DNA of 63,625 nucleotides, filler included. It is 9 parts of 9 records of this genome, joined end to end, with 100 filler letters (N's around TTAATTAATTAA, not from the genome) between each part and the next. Parts side by side here need not be neighbours in the genome. Positions count along the whole stretch, not along the records: positions 1 to 5,408 come from SRR31147125_54163; positions 5,509 to 10,973 come from SRR31147125_54187; 7 more parts are not named here. One strand, written 5' to 3'. This document shows, in pieces, positions 1 to 9,611 of this stretch. Under the pieces are notes generated by a model, which worked only from the letters and a program-made list of their open reading frames with translations, made no database searches and was not told where the DNA came from. Numbering within the stretch: position 1 is the first letter of the stretch; the number at the start of each line of letters is the position of its first letter. The position numbers and the translations under genes are program-made.

Positions 1-2
1 AA

Positions 3-389
3 AAAGCCTGGAAATCCTTTGAGAACATTCTACCGCAGTTCCTGTGCATTATCGTGCTTACGGGAATCTCCCTGGCATTTCTGGATGAATCCACCATCTC
101 CAGGCTCCTTGGGAAGGAATCCGGGGCCCTGGGGATGTGCATTGCCGCTGTGGTGGGGTCCGTTGCATTCACCCCGGCCTTTGTGGCCTATCCTTTGGCG
201 GCCTCTTTGCTTGCGGCCGGTGCCGGGTATATGCAGATCACCATGTTCATCACCGCCCTGATGATGGTGGGGATCATTACCATGCCCATGGAAATCGATT
301 ACTTCGGCAGAGGCGTCGCCGTCCGCCGGACCCTGCTGGCCTTAGGGCACTCCGTTGTATGTGCAATTATAATGGGAATGGTGATGTAA
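3..389 (+). CDS. DUF318/ArsP-type predicted permease, first subunit (5' truncated)
   Basis: Frame is open from position 3 (KAWKSFENILPQFLCIIVLTG...). Hydrophobic, with permease-like PAFVAYPLAASLL..GAG and MEIDYFG segments. Confidence 0.75.
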   Translation, partial: KAWKSFENILPQFLCIIVLTGISLAFLDESTISRLLGKESGALGMCIAAVVGSVAFTPAFVAYPLAASLLAAGAGYMQITMFITALMMVGIITMPMEIDYFGRGVAVRRTLLALGHSVVCAIIMGMVM

Positions 390-919
390 TGGCTGCCGTG
401 GTGAAACGATACAAGGTTGCAATTGTTCTGCTGGCGGTCAATGCCGGCCTGGTTTTCTTTATACCGGAAAAAGGGATGGCAGCCTTTACCATTGAATGGA
501 AGGCCATTGTGGACCTGATCACCTTTATCCCGCCGATTTTTATCCTACTGGGCCTGCTGGACGTGTGGGTGGAACGGGAGAAACTCATGCCCCACATGGG
601 ACCGGGTTCGGGCACACGGGGAGGTGTGCTGGCATTTGTCATGGGATCTGCGGCTGCAGGTCCCTTGTATATCGCCTTTCCCATTGCCGGGGTGCTGTTG
701 AAAAAAGGAACCTCCCTGCTCAATATTTTTATCTTCATCGGCGCCTGGTCCACCACAAAACTGCCCATGATCCTTTTCGAGGCTTCCAGCATCGGGTTGA
801 AATTTACCCTCATCCGCCTGGTGGTCAACAGCATGGGCATCATCGTCATCGCAGTCATACTGGATAAGACCACCCCCGCAGCCCAGCAGGAACGCCTCTA
901 CCAGTCGGGACTTTCCTGA
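389..919 (+). CDS. DUF318/ArsP-type predicted permease, second subunit
   Basis: ATG overlaps the upstream stop (TAATG). Motifs LLGLLDVWV, GSAAAGPLYIAFPIA, GAWSTTKLPM. Confidence 0.8.
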   Translation: MAAVVKRYKVAIVLLAVNAGLVFFIPEKGMAAFTIEWKAIVDLITFIPPIFILLGLLDVWVEREKLMPHMGPGSGTRGGVLAFVMGSAAAGPLYIAFPIAGVLLKKGTSLLNIFIFIGAWSTTKLPMILFEASSIGLKFTLIRLVVNSMGIIVIAVILDKTTPAAQQERLYQSGLS

Positions 920-944
920 AGATATTGTCATTTGCCCATCTGGC

Positions 945-984
945 AAAAATGCCGCCCTGTTTTCCACCAGGGCGGCACTTTTTT
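945..984. terminator. Probable bidirectional intrinsic terminator
   Basis: Stem TGCCGCCCTG/CAGGGCGGCA flanked by an A-run and a T-run, between convergent genes. Confidence 0.75.
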
Positions 985-1077
985 ATCTTTCGCCCGTGCC
1001 GGTTGAACTGTTGACGCTGCGGGGAATCAACCCGGATATTTCATAACCTAAAGGTCAGAAACCGAGTCAAATTTGCG

Positions 1078-1932
1078 TTAGATACAAGTTGCAGGACGTG
1101 CCGGTGTAATCGCTTTCCCCAAGCGGCCGTACGCCTTCATCATCATATCCATCCCCTTGGCCACAGCAGCCATATGGCCTCCGCCGTCAAGGACCTGCAG
1201 TACTGCACCCGGTAAAAGTTCCGCCATTTTCCTGGCGGCGGTGATGGGCACCTCTTCGTCGTCAGGACTGTGGATAAGGGTTACCCCGGCCCGGATACGG
1301 TTGAAATCCACTCCCCACTCCCGGAGTTGGAGCCGTGTCTGGTCGGCCATGCCGTGGCAGTTATGCCTGACTGAATCCGCCAGCCAGAGGTTGATACCAC
1401 TGTCCGGCCCATTTCCTTCTGCGGCAAAGGATGCGGCCAGATCCGCCATGAAACCGTTCAAAAAGGTCTGCAGTTCAGTACGGGACATTCCCGGCAGGGA
1501 GTTATAAAAATCAAGCTCTCCCCCTGCGTAGAGGTTCAGGATATCCGGACGATACACCGCAGGTACCCCGGAAAGAATCCAGAGCCGGTTGACCCGTTCC
1601 CCCCAGTCGGCGGCAGCAGCCCAGGCATAGGGGGCACCGGCTGAAATGCCGACGAGGTCGACCTCCTCGATTTTAAGGTCCTCCAGCACCGCCGCTGCCA
1701 TGGAAGAAAAATCCGATACCCGCTTCATTTCACAGCAGTCTGAGCTGCCGTAGCCCGGGCGCTCGGGAATAATCAGGCGCAGGTCCCGCCCTTCGACCTG
1801 CTCCCGGGTCTCCCGGTCCAGAACGGAGGAGCCCACAAGACCGTGGCAGAGCATCAGGGCACGGCTGCCCCGGCCGTATGCGCGGTAGGCAATCCTGTGG
1901 CCGTTTATATTAACGTGGTCGGGTGATGCCAT
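1078..1932 (-). CDS. Alpha/beta-fold hydrolase
   Basis: HG oxyanion motif, RPGYGSS, nucleophile elbow GISAG, D..VP and GGH triad positions. Confidence 0.85.
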   Translation of the reverse strand: MASPDHVNINGHRIAYRAYGRGSRALMLCHGLVGSSVLDRETREQVEGRDLRLIIPERPGYGSSDCCEMKRVSDFSSMAAAVLEDLKIEEVDLVGISAGAPYAWAAAADWGERVNRLWILSGVPAVYRPDILNLYAGGELDFYNSLPGMSRTELQTFLNGFMADLAASFAAEGNGPDSGINLWLADSVRHNCHGMADQTRLQLREWGVDFNRIRAGVTLIHSPDDEEVPITAARKMAELLPGAVLQVLDGGGHMAAVAKGMDMMMKAYGRLGKAITPARPATCI

Positions 1933-1944
1933 GTTGCTGCCTCC

Positions 1945-4023
1945 TTATAATCTCAGATCAATTTGAATGCCGACGGTGAGGGGCGGTGCCACCATGGCGT
2001 AGCTGGTTGCCGGCTGGAGGTAATCCAGGTACCGCTCGTCAAAGAGGTTGCTGCCCACAAGAAAGATGCTCCAGTATTCTGTTTCATAACCGATCCGGGC
2101 GTCCACCACCGTGGTGCTGCCCCGGGAGATGCTGTTGGCTTCGTCCCAGTATAGTCTGCCGAAGTGCCGGACATCGGCCCGGGCGGTCCAGCCGGCCTCG
2201 TGGGAATACTGGATATGGCCGCCCAGGGTGATATCCGGGGTGTAAGGCACCTTGTTGCCGGAATAATCAAAGGCACCGGATGCGCCGGTTCCGGCGTACT
2301 CGTCCAACTCTGCCCGGCTCAGGGCACAGGTTGCCCCTATGGCCCAGTTCCGGTTCAGACGCAGGTCTGCCTGGGTTTCAGCTCCCCAGATAGTGGCTTC
2401 GGCAGCATTGCTGGCCGTGTAGGCAAAGGTGGCGGGATTGTAGGAGATCAGCTGCATATCGTCGATGGCCGAGTAGAAAAGGCTGGCGGTCAGGATCAGG
2501 GTCCGGTTGAGCAAGGCGGTTTTCACTCCCACTTCCCAGTCCCGGGACTCCTGGGGCTTGAAGGTGTAATCGTCAGGGGTTCTGGAACCGGAGGACCAAT
2601 TGAATCCGCCGGGCTGGAATCCCTTGCTCAGGCTTGCCCAGACCATGGTATCCCCGGTTACCCGGCAGCCCAGAGCCAGTTTGGGCAAAAGCGCGTTCCA
2701 ATGATCACTGGCAGAGGTGTTCAGTACCGGTACCCGGGTGCCGCCGACAATATTATAATACCTGAAGGCAATATCTTTTTCCGTGTATTGGTAGCGCAGG
2801 GCTCCGGTGAGGGAAAACCGTTCGAGGAAAGGGAGGGTCAGCTGGCCGTAAACCGCATAGTCATTGGTGTCTTCCCTGTTGGGCAGGTGGGTTTCCATAG
2901 AAAAGCCCGGGATCTCCGATTTGATGTCTTTTCTGTCCCGCATGCCGTCGGATGCATAGGCGCCGGCGATCCAGGATAGGGCGGAGGAATCATCCCCGGC
3001 AGAGGTCAGCCGGAATTCCTGAGTGAATTCACGGTCTTCCACCCGACGTCCGGTCCGGCCCACGCCGATGCCGAGAAAGGTGAAATCCTGGGCATAGTCA
3101 ACTTCGCCGAACCTGTGGGTGGATATGGATTCTCCCCGGAATGGTCCGAAATCACAGGCCAGTTTCAAGGCGGAATTGATCCCTGAGGCATCGGTGTAAT
3201 CCTCCGGGTTGAGTTCGGAGTCCAGTGTGGGCTCAGGCCCCTTGATGACGGCGTCATAGCCCCGGTCTTCCTTAAAAATTTCTGAATGCAGGTCAATTTC
3301 AAGCCCGTTTTCCGGCAGGACCCGCAGCCTGGCCTTTGCCCTTTTCCGGGAGGCGTCGTTTCCGCGATCCGCTGTGGGGTGGTCCATATATCCGTCAGTC
3401 CGGTCGTACTGGGCGGACAGGCCGAGAAACACCCGGTCCCGCATCAGCGGGCCGGAGACTTCCCCGCGGACAGCAGCAGTTTCATGGGAACCGAATCCGG
3501 TGCCGGCCTTTACCCTCACCGTATTGTCCGGGGTTTTGGTGATGATATTCATCACACCGCCCATGCTGCCCTTGCCGTATAAGGTGCTCTGGGGACCGTG
3601 GAGGATCTCCACCCGTTCAACGTCCAGAAGTGAGGGATCTGCATTGAAATAGCTGTCCATGGGAACCCCGTCCACATAGATGATCAGGGGATTGGCCTCG
3701 GTGAACCCCATGGTGGTTTTACCCCGGAAGGACATCATTCTCAGATTTCCGGTCATGACGCCGGTGGAAAAGAGGTTCGGTATCCGGTCCAGAAGGTCAT
3801 CCACTTTATGGATGCCCCGCTGCTCAAGATCATCGCCGGAGAACAGGGTCATGGCCATGGGCACTTTGTCCGCATCCTCTTTCATCTTATTGGCCGTCAC
3901 CACGATTGTGTCAGCGGACTCTGCTTTCGGTGCTGGTTCGCCGGCCGGTGCAGGCGGGGCCGTGATCATCAGGAGCCCGGCCCCCAGAACGGCTCCGCAG
4001 AAAAGTTTTAAACGTTGTTTCAT
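1945..4023 (-). CDS. TonB-dependent receptor (FyuA/siderophore-receptor-like)
   Basis: Signal peptide, TonB-box-like DTIVVTA, plug motif ERVEILHGPQSTLYG..GGV.NIITK, C-terminal NLFD..Y and final beta strand. Confidence 0.92.
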   Translation of the reverse strand: MKQRLKLFCGAVLGAGLLMITAPPAPAGEPAPKAESADTIVVTANKMKEDADKVPMAMTLFSGDDLEQRGIHKVDDLLDRIPNLFSTGVMTGNLRMMSFRGKTTMGFTEANPLIIYVDGVPMDSYFNADPSLLDVERVEILHGPQSTLYGKGSMGGVMNIITKTPDNTVRVKAGTGFGSHETAAVRGEVSGPLMRDRVFLGLSAQYDRTDGYMDHPTADRGNDASRKRAKARLRVLPENGLEIDLHSEIFKEDRGYDAVIKGPEPTLDSELNPEDYTDASGINSALKLACDFGPFRGESISTHRFGEVDYAQDFTFLGIGVGRTGRRVEDREFTQEFRLTSAGDDSSALSWIAGAYASDGMRDRKDIKSEIPGFSMETHLPNREDTNDYAVYGQLTLPFLERFSLTGALRYQYTEKDIAFRYYNIVGGTRVPVLNTSASDHWNALLPKLALGCRVTGDTMVWASLSKGFQPGGFNWSSGSRTPDDYTFKPQESRDWEVGVKTALLNRTLILTASLFYSAIDDMQLISYNPATFAYTASNAAEATIWGAETQADLRLNRNWAIGATCALSRAELDEYAGTGASGAFDYSGNKVPYTPDITLGGHIQYSHEAGWTARADVRHFGRLYWDEANSISRGSTTVVDARIGYETEYWSIFLVGSNLFDERYLDYLQPATSYAMVAPPLTVGIQIDLRL

Positions 4024-4104
4024 CCTTATTTTCCTTTTTTATTCATTTTTCGGCTCTAAGTTTGACAGAGCTAACAATACTTTGTATTTTTGCCAATTGC
4101 CATG

Positions 4105-4152
4105 CCTTGGGATGCAATACGTCCCAAGGGGAATAAAAAACGTCCGCAGGGG
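4105..4152. promoter_or_regulatory. Candidate AraC-family operator (inverted plus 21-bp direct repeats) in the divergent promoter
   Basis: CCTTGGGA(4105-4112)/TCCCAAGG(4122-4129) inverted repeat. ACGTCCCAAGGGG(4119) and ACGTCCGCAGGGG(4140) are direct repeats 21 bp apart. Confidence 0.55.
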
Positions 4153-4160
4153 ATGAAAAC

Positions 4161-5134
4161 GTGGAAGTCACCACCGTAGAAGAAACATTGGAGGTACTGG
4201 AGGGATTCGGATTCATCAAATCCGGGGAAGGGGAGAACCGGATATATGAACTACCCAGGTCCTTCGGCAGCGGCAGCCTGAGGGTGTCCGGCCCTTTGGA
4301 CCGGTACTACCTGGTCTCATGCAATGCCTGGTTTCGGGAAAATTTTGCTTACGGATTCCATATCAGTGAGCGGTTTATCGAATTATCAGCGGTTTCCGAT
4401 TCCCAACTTTGTTACGAACTGCCGGGGGATGAAACCACCCGGGTGCTCAAAGGCATCCGAACCCATATCAACCTCGGGGAGCCCGGGGTGATAAGCATAC
4501 CGGCCTCCACCCGGCTGACCTATACCAGTTTTGTTATCCGAGAAGATACCATTTCCCGGAACCTTGGGTTTACAGGGCCGGACACCGATCTCACCCGTCC
4601 TGGGAACGCCGCCCTTATAAACCGGATCCCCTCTTGCCACCGTCAGGCCAGAATTCTTTCCGATCTCTCCCAGTGCCGGATGCCGGCCCATGTGAAACAC
4701 CTCTACTATGAGAATAAAGCCCTGGAGGTCCTCTGCCTGTTGTCCGAGGCTCTCCACTGCCGAAGGGCTAAAACGCCGGCAGTGAGCCCGGGGGACAGAA
4801 ATACCGTGAATGAGGCTCGCCAAATCCTTGCCCGGCAGATGAGTTGCCCCCCACCATCACAGAGTTGTCTCGGGAAGTAGGGATGAGTGCCACCAAGCTC
4901 AAGCAGGTGTTCAAACAGGAAACCGGGCGCACCATTTACGGATACCTCAGGGGGATCCGCCTCGGGGCAGCTGTTTCTCTGATGGAAGATCCCGGTGCCA
5001 CCATTGTCTCGGTATCCCGGGACGTCGGTTATAACAGCCCCGGAAAATTTTCAACAGCCTTTAAAGAACAATACGGGCTGAATCCGGGCAAGTATCTGCG
5101 GATGGTCCGGCAGAGAGCGAGGAACTGCCGCTAA
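4161..5134 (+). CDS. AraC-family regulator (YbtA/PchR-like), split by a frameshift in a C-run near 4847-4852
   Basis: ORF 4161-4880 (LYYENKALEVL...PP) continues into the HTH in ORF 4844-5134 (PPTITELSREVGMSATKLKQVFK...VGYNSPGKFSTAFK). Confidence 0.85.
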
Positions 5135-5408
5135 TGCTCCGGAGGCAGGACCGATTCCCGATTACATCACCGTCCTTACGAAGACTGACATTGAATATTC
5201 CTCCATTACGGATATAGTATCCGGTAACCAACAGGGTAACCTTGACGGGGTCCCGGCACATGAATCCGATTGCAGGGGAGACGGGTGCCCACAAAAATGA
5301 CCCAATATCATAGATAAAAAATTCCTTTTTTACAGGCAAAGTACAATACAGCAAAGTAAAAAAATCCATGCCAGGCGCCTGCCGGGATTTGGGAATCGGA
5401 AAAGTCGT

Positions 5409-5508
5409 NNNNNNNNNNNNNNNNNNNNNNNNNNNNNNNNNNNNNNNNNNNNTTAATTAATTAANNNNNNNNNNNNNNNNNNNNNNNNNNNNNNNNNNNN
5501 NNNNNNNN
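5409..5508. other. Artificial contig linker
   Basis: 44 N + TTAATTAATTAA (stops in all six frames) + 44 N. Confidence 0.98.
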
Positions 5509-5528
5509 CCCCCGTTAATCCCAACTGG

Positions 5529-6859
5529 TCAGACGATCCGGCCGACCAGGTCGTATGTCTGAGCCTCGGTGATCTCGACGAGAGCGATTTCACCGGGGTT
5601 TGTTTTCCCTTCATTGATCAGCACACAACCGTCGATGTCCGGCGCCTGGTAGCGGGTCCTGCCTTCCAGCAGAAGATCCGTCTCCTGCTCACCCCCTCCA
5701 CGAGAACCGGCTCAACAGTTCCGACAAACCGCTGCAGTTTACGCTCTGAGATCCGTGACTGTACAGCGGCGACCCGCGCCACACGTGCTTCTTTTTCCGC
5801 CTCGTCTATCTGTCCCGCGAAATGTTCCGCCGGGCACCCTTCTTCGTTGGCATATGCAAAGATCCCGACATGGTCCAGTTCCGCTTCGATCAGAAACGAC
5901 TCGAGTTCGTCGATATCGTCCTCAGTCTCTCCCGGGAAGCCGAGCAGCAGGGTCGTGCGCAACGCAATATTTGGGATACGTGAGCGAACAGCATCAAACT
6001 GCTGCACGACGTCGTCACGCGTATATCTACGATTCATCGCTTTCAGGATTCTCGTCGAAACATGCTGTAGCGGAATATCGAGGTAGGGGACGATGCGCTC
6101 GTTACCGGCAACCAGATCGAGTAATTCGTTGGTGATCGTTGAGGGGTAGAGATACATCAGACGTATCCAGTCGAGTTTCGTGTCGTCGAGCAGGCGCCGC
6201 ACCAGCGTTTCCAGACGGGGTTCACCGTAGATATCGCGCCCGTAGGCAGTCAGATCCTGTGCCACCAGGGTCACTTCCCGGACTCCCGCCGTCTGCAACC
6301 GCGCAGCCTCCACCGTGAGGTCATCGATCGTGCGACTTCTCAGAGCCCCTCTGATGGCCGGTATCATGCAGTACGTACACCGGTTATCGCACCCTTCCGT
6401 TATCTTGATCCACGCCCGGAAAAACGGCGTGGAGAGGCGTCTCGGCAGCAACGAGTCCATCAGAAACCGTGCCGGAATCGACAGTTTTGGCTGCACACCA
6501 CCGGCGACAAGTGTGTCGAGAAACGCAGGGATCGACGGGATCCCCTCGGTACCGACAAAGAGGTCTACCTCAACTAGTTCCGACTCGAGCCGATCACGAT
6601 AACGCTGTACCAGACACCCGACGACAACCAGCTTTTTCCGTGGATCCTCACCTTTGATTTGCGCGAGATCGAGGATTTCCTCGATGCTTTCCTCAACCGC
6701 AGGCTGAATGAAGCCGCATGTGTTGATCAGCAGTACCCGGGCCCCCTCCGGTTCGTCGACTCCCTGCCAGCCGCTCTGTTCGAGCATACCGTATATAACT
6801 TCCGAATCAACGAGGTTCTTGGGACATCCCAGGCTTACCAGGTGAAAGGTCTTATCCAT
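5529..6859 (-). CDS. rimO: Ribosomal protein S12 methylthiotransferase RimO (frameshift near 5685 before the TRAM domain end)
   Basis: SLGCPKNLVDSE, NTCGFI, radical SAM CDNRCTYC. After the shift it reads ETDLLLEGRTRYQAPDIDG...YDLVGRIV to a TGA at 5529-5531. Confidence 0.93.
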
Positions 6860-7605
6860 TATGCTGACTCCTCGAACTCCATATGCAAACCATAGTCAAC
6901 GATTCTTTCGATGAGGGCCCGGCTCCCAGATTTAAAGGTAGTGCTGCCGAATCCGGGTTTCCACCGGCGCGTCCAGATCATATCCGATACCACGAACAGG
7001 GCACCCAGCCTGATCCCGCGAAACGAAGCGACACTGCACAAGGCGGTGAATTCCATATCAACCCCTGTCACACCGTACCGCGCCTGAAGCGGCAGCATCG
7101 CAGACCTTCGTTCTCGATACGGGGCGTCGGTTGACCACAGGACGCCACTGGACGGTTCCATCCCCCTGCAGTGCAGGTGAGCCATTAACGTTTCAGTGGT
7201 CCCCCGGTCCGGGGCACATACATCCTGCCCTCCGTAATAGCGGGAAACACCCTCTCCGGAGACTCCGGCCGTACCAACCAGCACATCACCAATCGAGTGC
7301 GCCGGGTCCAGAGATCCGCAGCAACTGACCAGAAAGACCTCCTTCACTCCAAGCACAATCAGCTTTTCGAGAATCAGCACAGCGGAAGCAGCCCCGAGGG
7401 CCGGCCCGACCACACAGAGACGGTGCTGCGAATCAACCATGATTCTGGACTGATACAACGATCTCTTTGCGGCGCAGTAGGGTTCGAATACACGATAAGC
7501 ATCCTCCGCTTCGGCGGGATTCGCGATCAGCAGGGCCCGCTGCGGTAATGCTTTTTCCTTTTTTGACTTGCGCGGCTCTATGACGAGGTCTCGTTCAGTC
7601 ATCAT
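6859..7605 (-). CDS. Nucleoside phosphorylase (PNP/UDP family)
   Basis: GEGVSRYY, WSTDAPYRE, VDMEFTAL, VVSD motifs. Start moved to MMTERD at 7605. Confidence 0.8.
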   Translation of the reverse strand: MMTERDLVIEPRKSKKEKALPQRALLIANPAEAEDAYRVFEPYCAAKRSLYQSRIMVDSQHRLCVVGPALGAASAVLILEKLIVLGVKEVFLVSCCGSLDPAHSIGDVLVGTAGVSGEGVSRYYGGQDVCAPDRGTTETLMAHLHCRGMEPSSGVLWSTDAPYRERRSAMLPLQARYGVTGVDMEFTALCSVASFRGIRLGALFVVSDMIWTRRWKPGFGSTTFKSGSRALIERIVDYGLHMEFEESA

Positions 7606-7698
7606 CCATTGCCATTTTTTTCGTATCAGATGGGTATGAGTGCGGCAGCTTCCCCCCACTTTATAATTCAGTCCCCGCCGGTTGGTAACCCCGGAACC

Positions 7699-7734
7699 AA
7701 AAAAAAAGGGCCGCAGATTATCTGCGGCCCTTTT
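7699..7734 (-). terminator. Intrinsic terminator after atpE
   Basis: AAAAGGGCCGCAGA-TTA-TCTGCGGCCCTTTT perfect stem with a long U-tail on the minus strand. Confidence 0.85.
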
Positions 7735-7769
7735 CGTGCACCCGAAGGTGCGCATCATCTAAAACGCAG

Positions 7770-8018
7770 CTACATCAGCGGATTCGCGTAGAGCAGAATC
7801 AGAGAAACAACAAGTCCGTAAATGGCAACAGATTCCGCCAGTGCCATTCCGAGAATCATGAAGACCATCAGCTTCGGCTGGATCTCGGGATTACGTGCGA
7901 GACCGGTGGTTGCGCCCTGGCCGACAAGACCAATACCAATACCGGCTCCAATCGCTGCAAGACCGATGGAGAGTCCGGCACCAATACAAATCAATGCTAA
8001 TTGCAGATTTCCTTCCAT
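7770..8018 (-). CDS. atpE: F0F1 ATP synthase subunit c
   Basis: GxGxGxG helix, ARNP loop, essential Glu in ALAES. Confidence 0.96.
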   Translation of the reverse strand: MEGNLQLALICIGAGLSIGLAAIGAGIGIGLVGQGATTGLARNPEIQPKLMVFMILGMALAESVAIYGLVVSLILLYANPLM

Positions 8019-8101
8019 TTCGTTTTCTCCTTGTAAAAGTTAGTTTGTTTGGCCTTCTTCCTTATGGATATTCTTTCAGAAACAGACAGTCAGCCTGTTT
8101 A

Positions 8102-8824
8102 TTAATGTGCATGCTCCTGTGCCTGGCCGAAGTAAACGACGGCCAGCAGTACAAAGACCATTGCCTGTACCAGGGAGACCAGAACGCCAAGCAACATGAT
8201 CGGCAGCGGTGCGAAAAAAGCACCGGCAAGCATGAAAAGAATGCCGAGCAGCGTTTCCTTGGCCATGATGTTACCGAACAGACGAATGGACAGAGACAGC
8301 AGACGGGCAAAGTTACTGATAAGCTCGATCGGAAGCATCAGCGGTACCAGCCACCACATCGGCCCCATGAAATGCTTGTAATATCCCAGACCATGCTCAC
8401 GGATACCGATAAAGTGATGACTGACCCAGACGATAACCGTCAGTGCCAGCGTCGTGTTCAAACTGGAAGTCGGAGACATGAAGCCGGGAATCAGACCAAT
8501 CAGGTTAGCCACGGCAATATAGAGTCCGAACGTCGTAAGCATCGGGAAGAACTGGTCGGTAAGTTTACGCCCCATGTTATCGGCAAAGAAATCATCCAGC
8601 CCACCGATAACGATTTCCCAGAAATTCTGGCCCTTCCCGGGGACCATCTCCAGATCGCTCACGGTCAGCTTGGCGACAAAGTACAGAAATGCCATAACCA
8701 GCCAGGTGTACGTCATGTACGGTGCGCACAACTGTTCGAGAAACGTGTGTCCAACGGGTCCGTGCGGAACCGGAAGCCCAAGCGTTTCGAGAATGATGGA
8801 AATGAACAATATCGGATGTTCCAT
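8102..8824 (-). CDS. atpB: F0F1 ATP synthase subunit a
   Basis: NLIGLIPG, PIELIS, SLSIRLFGN, QAMVF. Start MEHPILF at 8824. Confidence 0.95.
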   Translation of the reverse strand: MEHPILFISIILETLGLPVPHGPVGHTFLEQLCAPYMTYTWLVMAFLYFVAKLTVSDLEMVPGKGQNFWEIVIGGLDDFFADNMGRKLTDQFFPMLTTFGLYIAVANLIGLIPGFMSPTSSLNTTLALTVIVWVSHHFIGIREHGLGYYKHFMGPMWWLVPLMLPIELISNFARLLSLSIRLFGNIMAKETLLGILFMLAGAFFAPLPIMLLGVLVSLVQAMVFVLLAVVYFGQAQEHAH

Positions 8825-8832
8825 AATCCTTT

Positions 8833-9246
8833 TTACCTCCTGCTGAAGTAATACCCCCACACGACACCCAAAGCGGAGAACGTGATGGTGAATACTACCG
8901 TTGTGAGCCCCAGAATCAAACCGAGTATATTGATATTGCTGTATTTGATCAATACGAACAATACCACCCCGATCACCAATAACCGAAGCCAGAACTTAAC
9001 GATTAACCCTTTGTTTATCTTCCGTGCCTTCTCAGCCAGCTGTTCCTGATTCGACTCGAGCATCTTCTTGAAGAAGCGTTCCACATCCCGATAGGACAAG
9101 AAAAAGCTTGCGATCGAGATGATGCCACCAGCCAAAACCGCCCAGGCAAACGACCATGAACTCATCACCCATGATCCGCCGGCCAGGATGGCCAGATACA
9201 CCCAGCTCAATGCCAGCATCCGCTTTAATGACAACGTGTCTTTCAC
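8833..9246 (-). CDS. atpI: ATP synthase protein I (UncI-like membrane protein)
   Basis: Four hydrophobic segments directly upstream of atpB. GTG start overlaps the upstream stop. Confidence 0.7.
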   Translation of the reverse strand: MKDTLSLKRMLALSWVYLAILAGGSWVMSSWSFAWAVLAGGIISIASFFLSYRDVERFFKKMLESNQEQLAEKARKINKGLIVKFWLRLLVIGVVLFVLIKYSNINILGLILGLTTVVFTITFSALGVVWGYYFSRR

Positions 9247-9512
9247 TGCTGCGGGTCCGTCTCGTCCGTTTCCTTTTCGTTCTCCAGGTTTTTGCTCGCT
9301 CTCCAGAGAACCTCGAACAGACTCTTGAAACCGGCAACAATGCCGAATGCCAGCCCGATAAAGGTGAACCACGGAGCCGTTCGACCGTCGAACACTTTCT
9401 GGTCGATCAGTATTCCGCCACCCATACCGATAAAAATGGATGCAACAAAAGTGATGCCGATGTGACCGTAATGCCCGAGCAGAAACATCATTTCTTTTCT
9501 GAATTCGGACAT
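9243..9512 (-). CDS. AtpZ/AtpI family small membrane protein
   Basis: GITFVASIFIG..GG..ID......PWFTFIGL.FGIVAGF family pattern. First gene of the atp F0 cluster. Confidence 0.8.
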   Translation of the reverse strand: MSEFRKEMMFLLGHYGHIGITFVASIFIGMGGGILIDQKVFDGRTAPWFTFIGLAFGIVAGFKSLFEVLWRASKNLENEKETDETDPQQ

Positions 9513-9611
9513 CTCAATCACCGCCGCAGAAGACGACATCAGACACTACTTTTGCACTTCCAATTCCAGAGCGTTTGGTATCACGGCTCCTGCTCAAAGT
9601 CAACGTATTTT

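Noticed and set aside
137..388. Cys/His-rich N-terminal extension of the second permease in the ORF track
   Set aside because: It is an alternative frame of the first permease. The real start is the ATG at 389 overlapping the upstream stop.
5061..5369. 102-aa minus-strand ORF after AraC
   Set aside because: It overlaps the AraC 3' end, has no recognisable motif and sits at the contig edge.
5453..5464. Recurrent TTAATTAATTAA palindrome as a biological repeat
   Set aside because: It is always centred in N-runs and is a six-frame-stop assembly linker. ORFs ending in XXXLIN are artefacts of it.
7770..8018. Na+-translocating c subunit
   Set aside because: It has ES and the downstream Tyr, but the helix-1 Gln of the Na+ signature is Ile (GIGIG) and the Thr is Val, so Na+ specificity is not supported.
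7895..8851. Long antisense ORFs (also 2164-2979, 10140-10946, 17895-18524)
   Set aside because: These are shadow frames of well-supported genes on the opposite strand.
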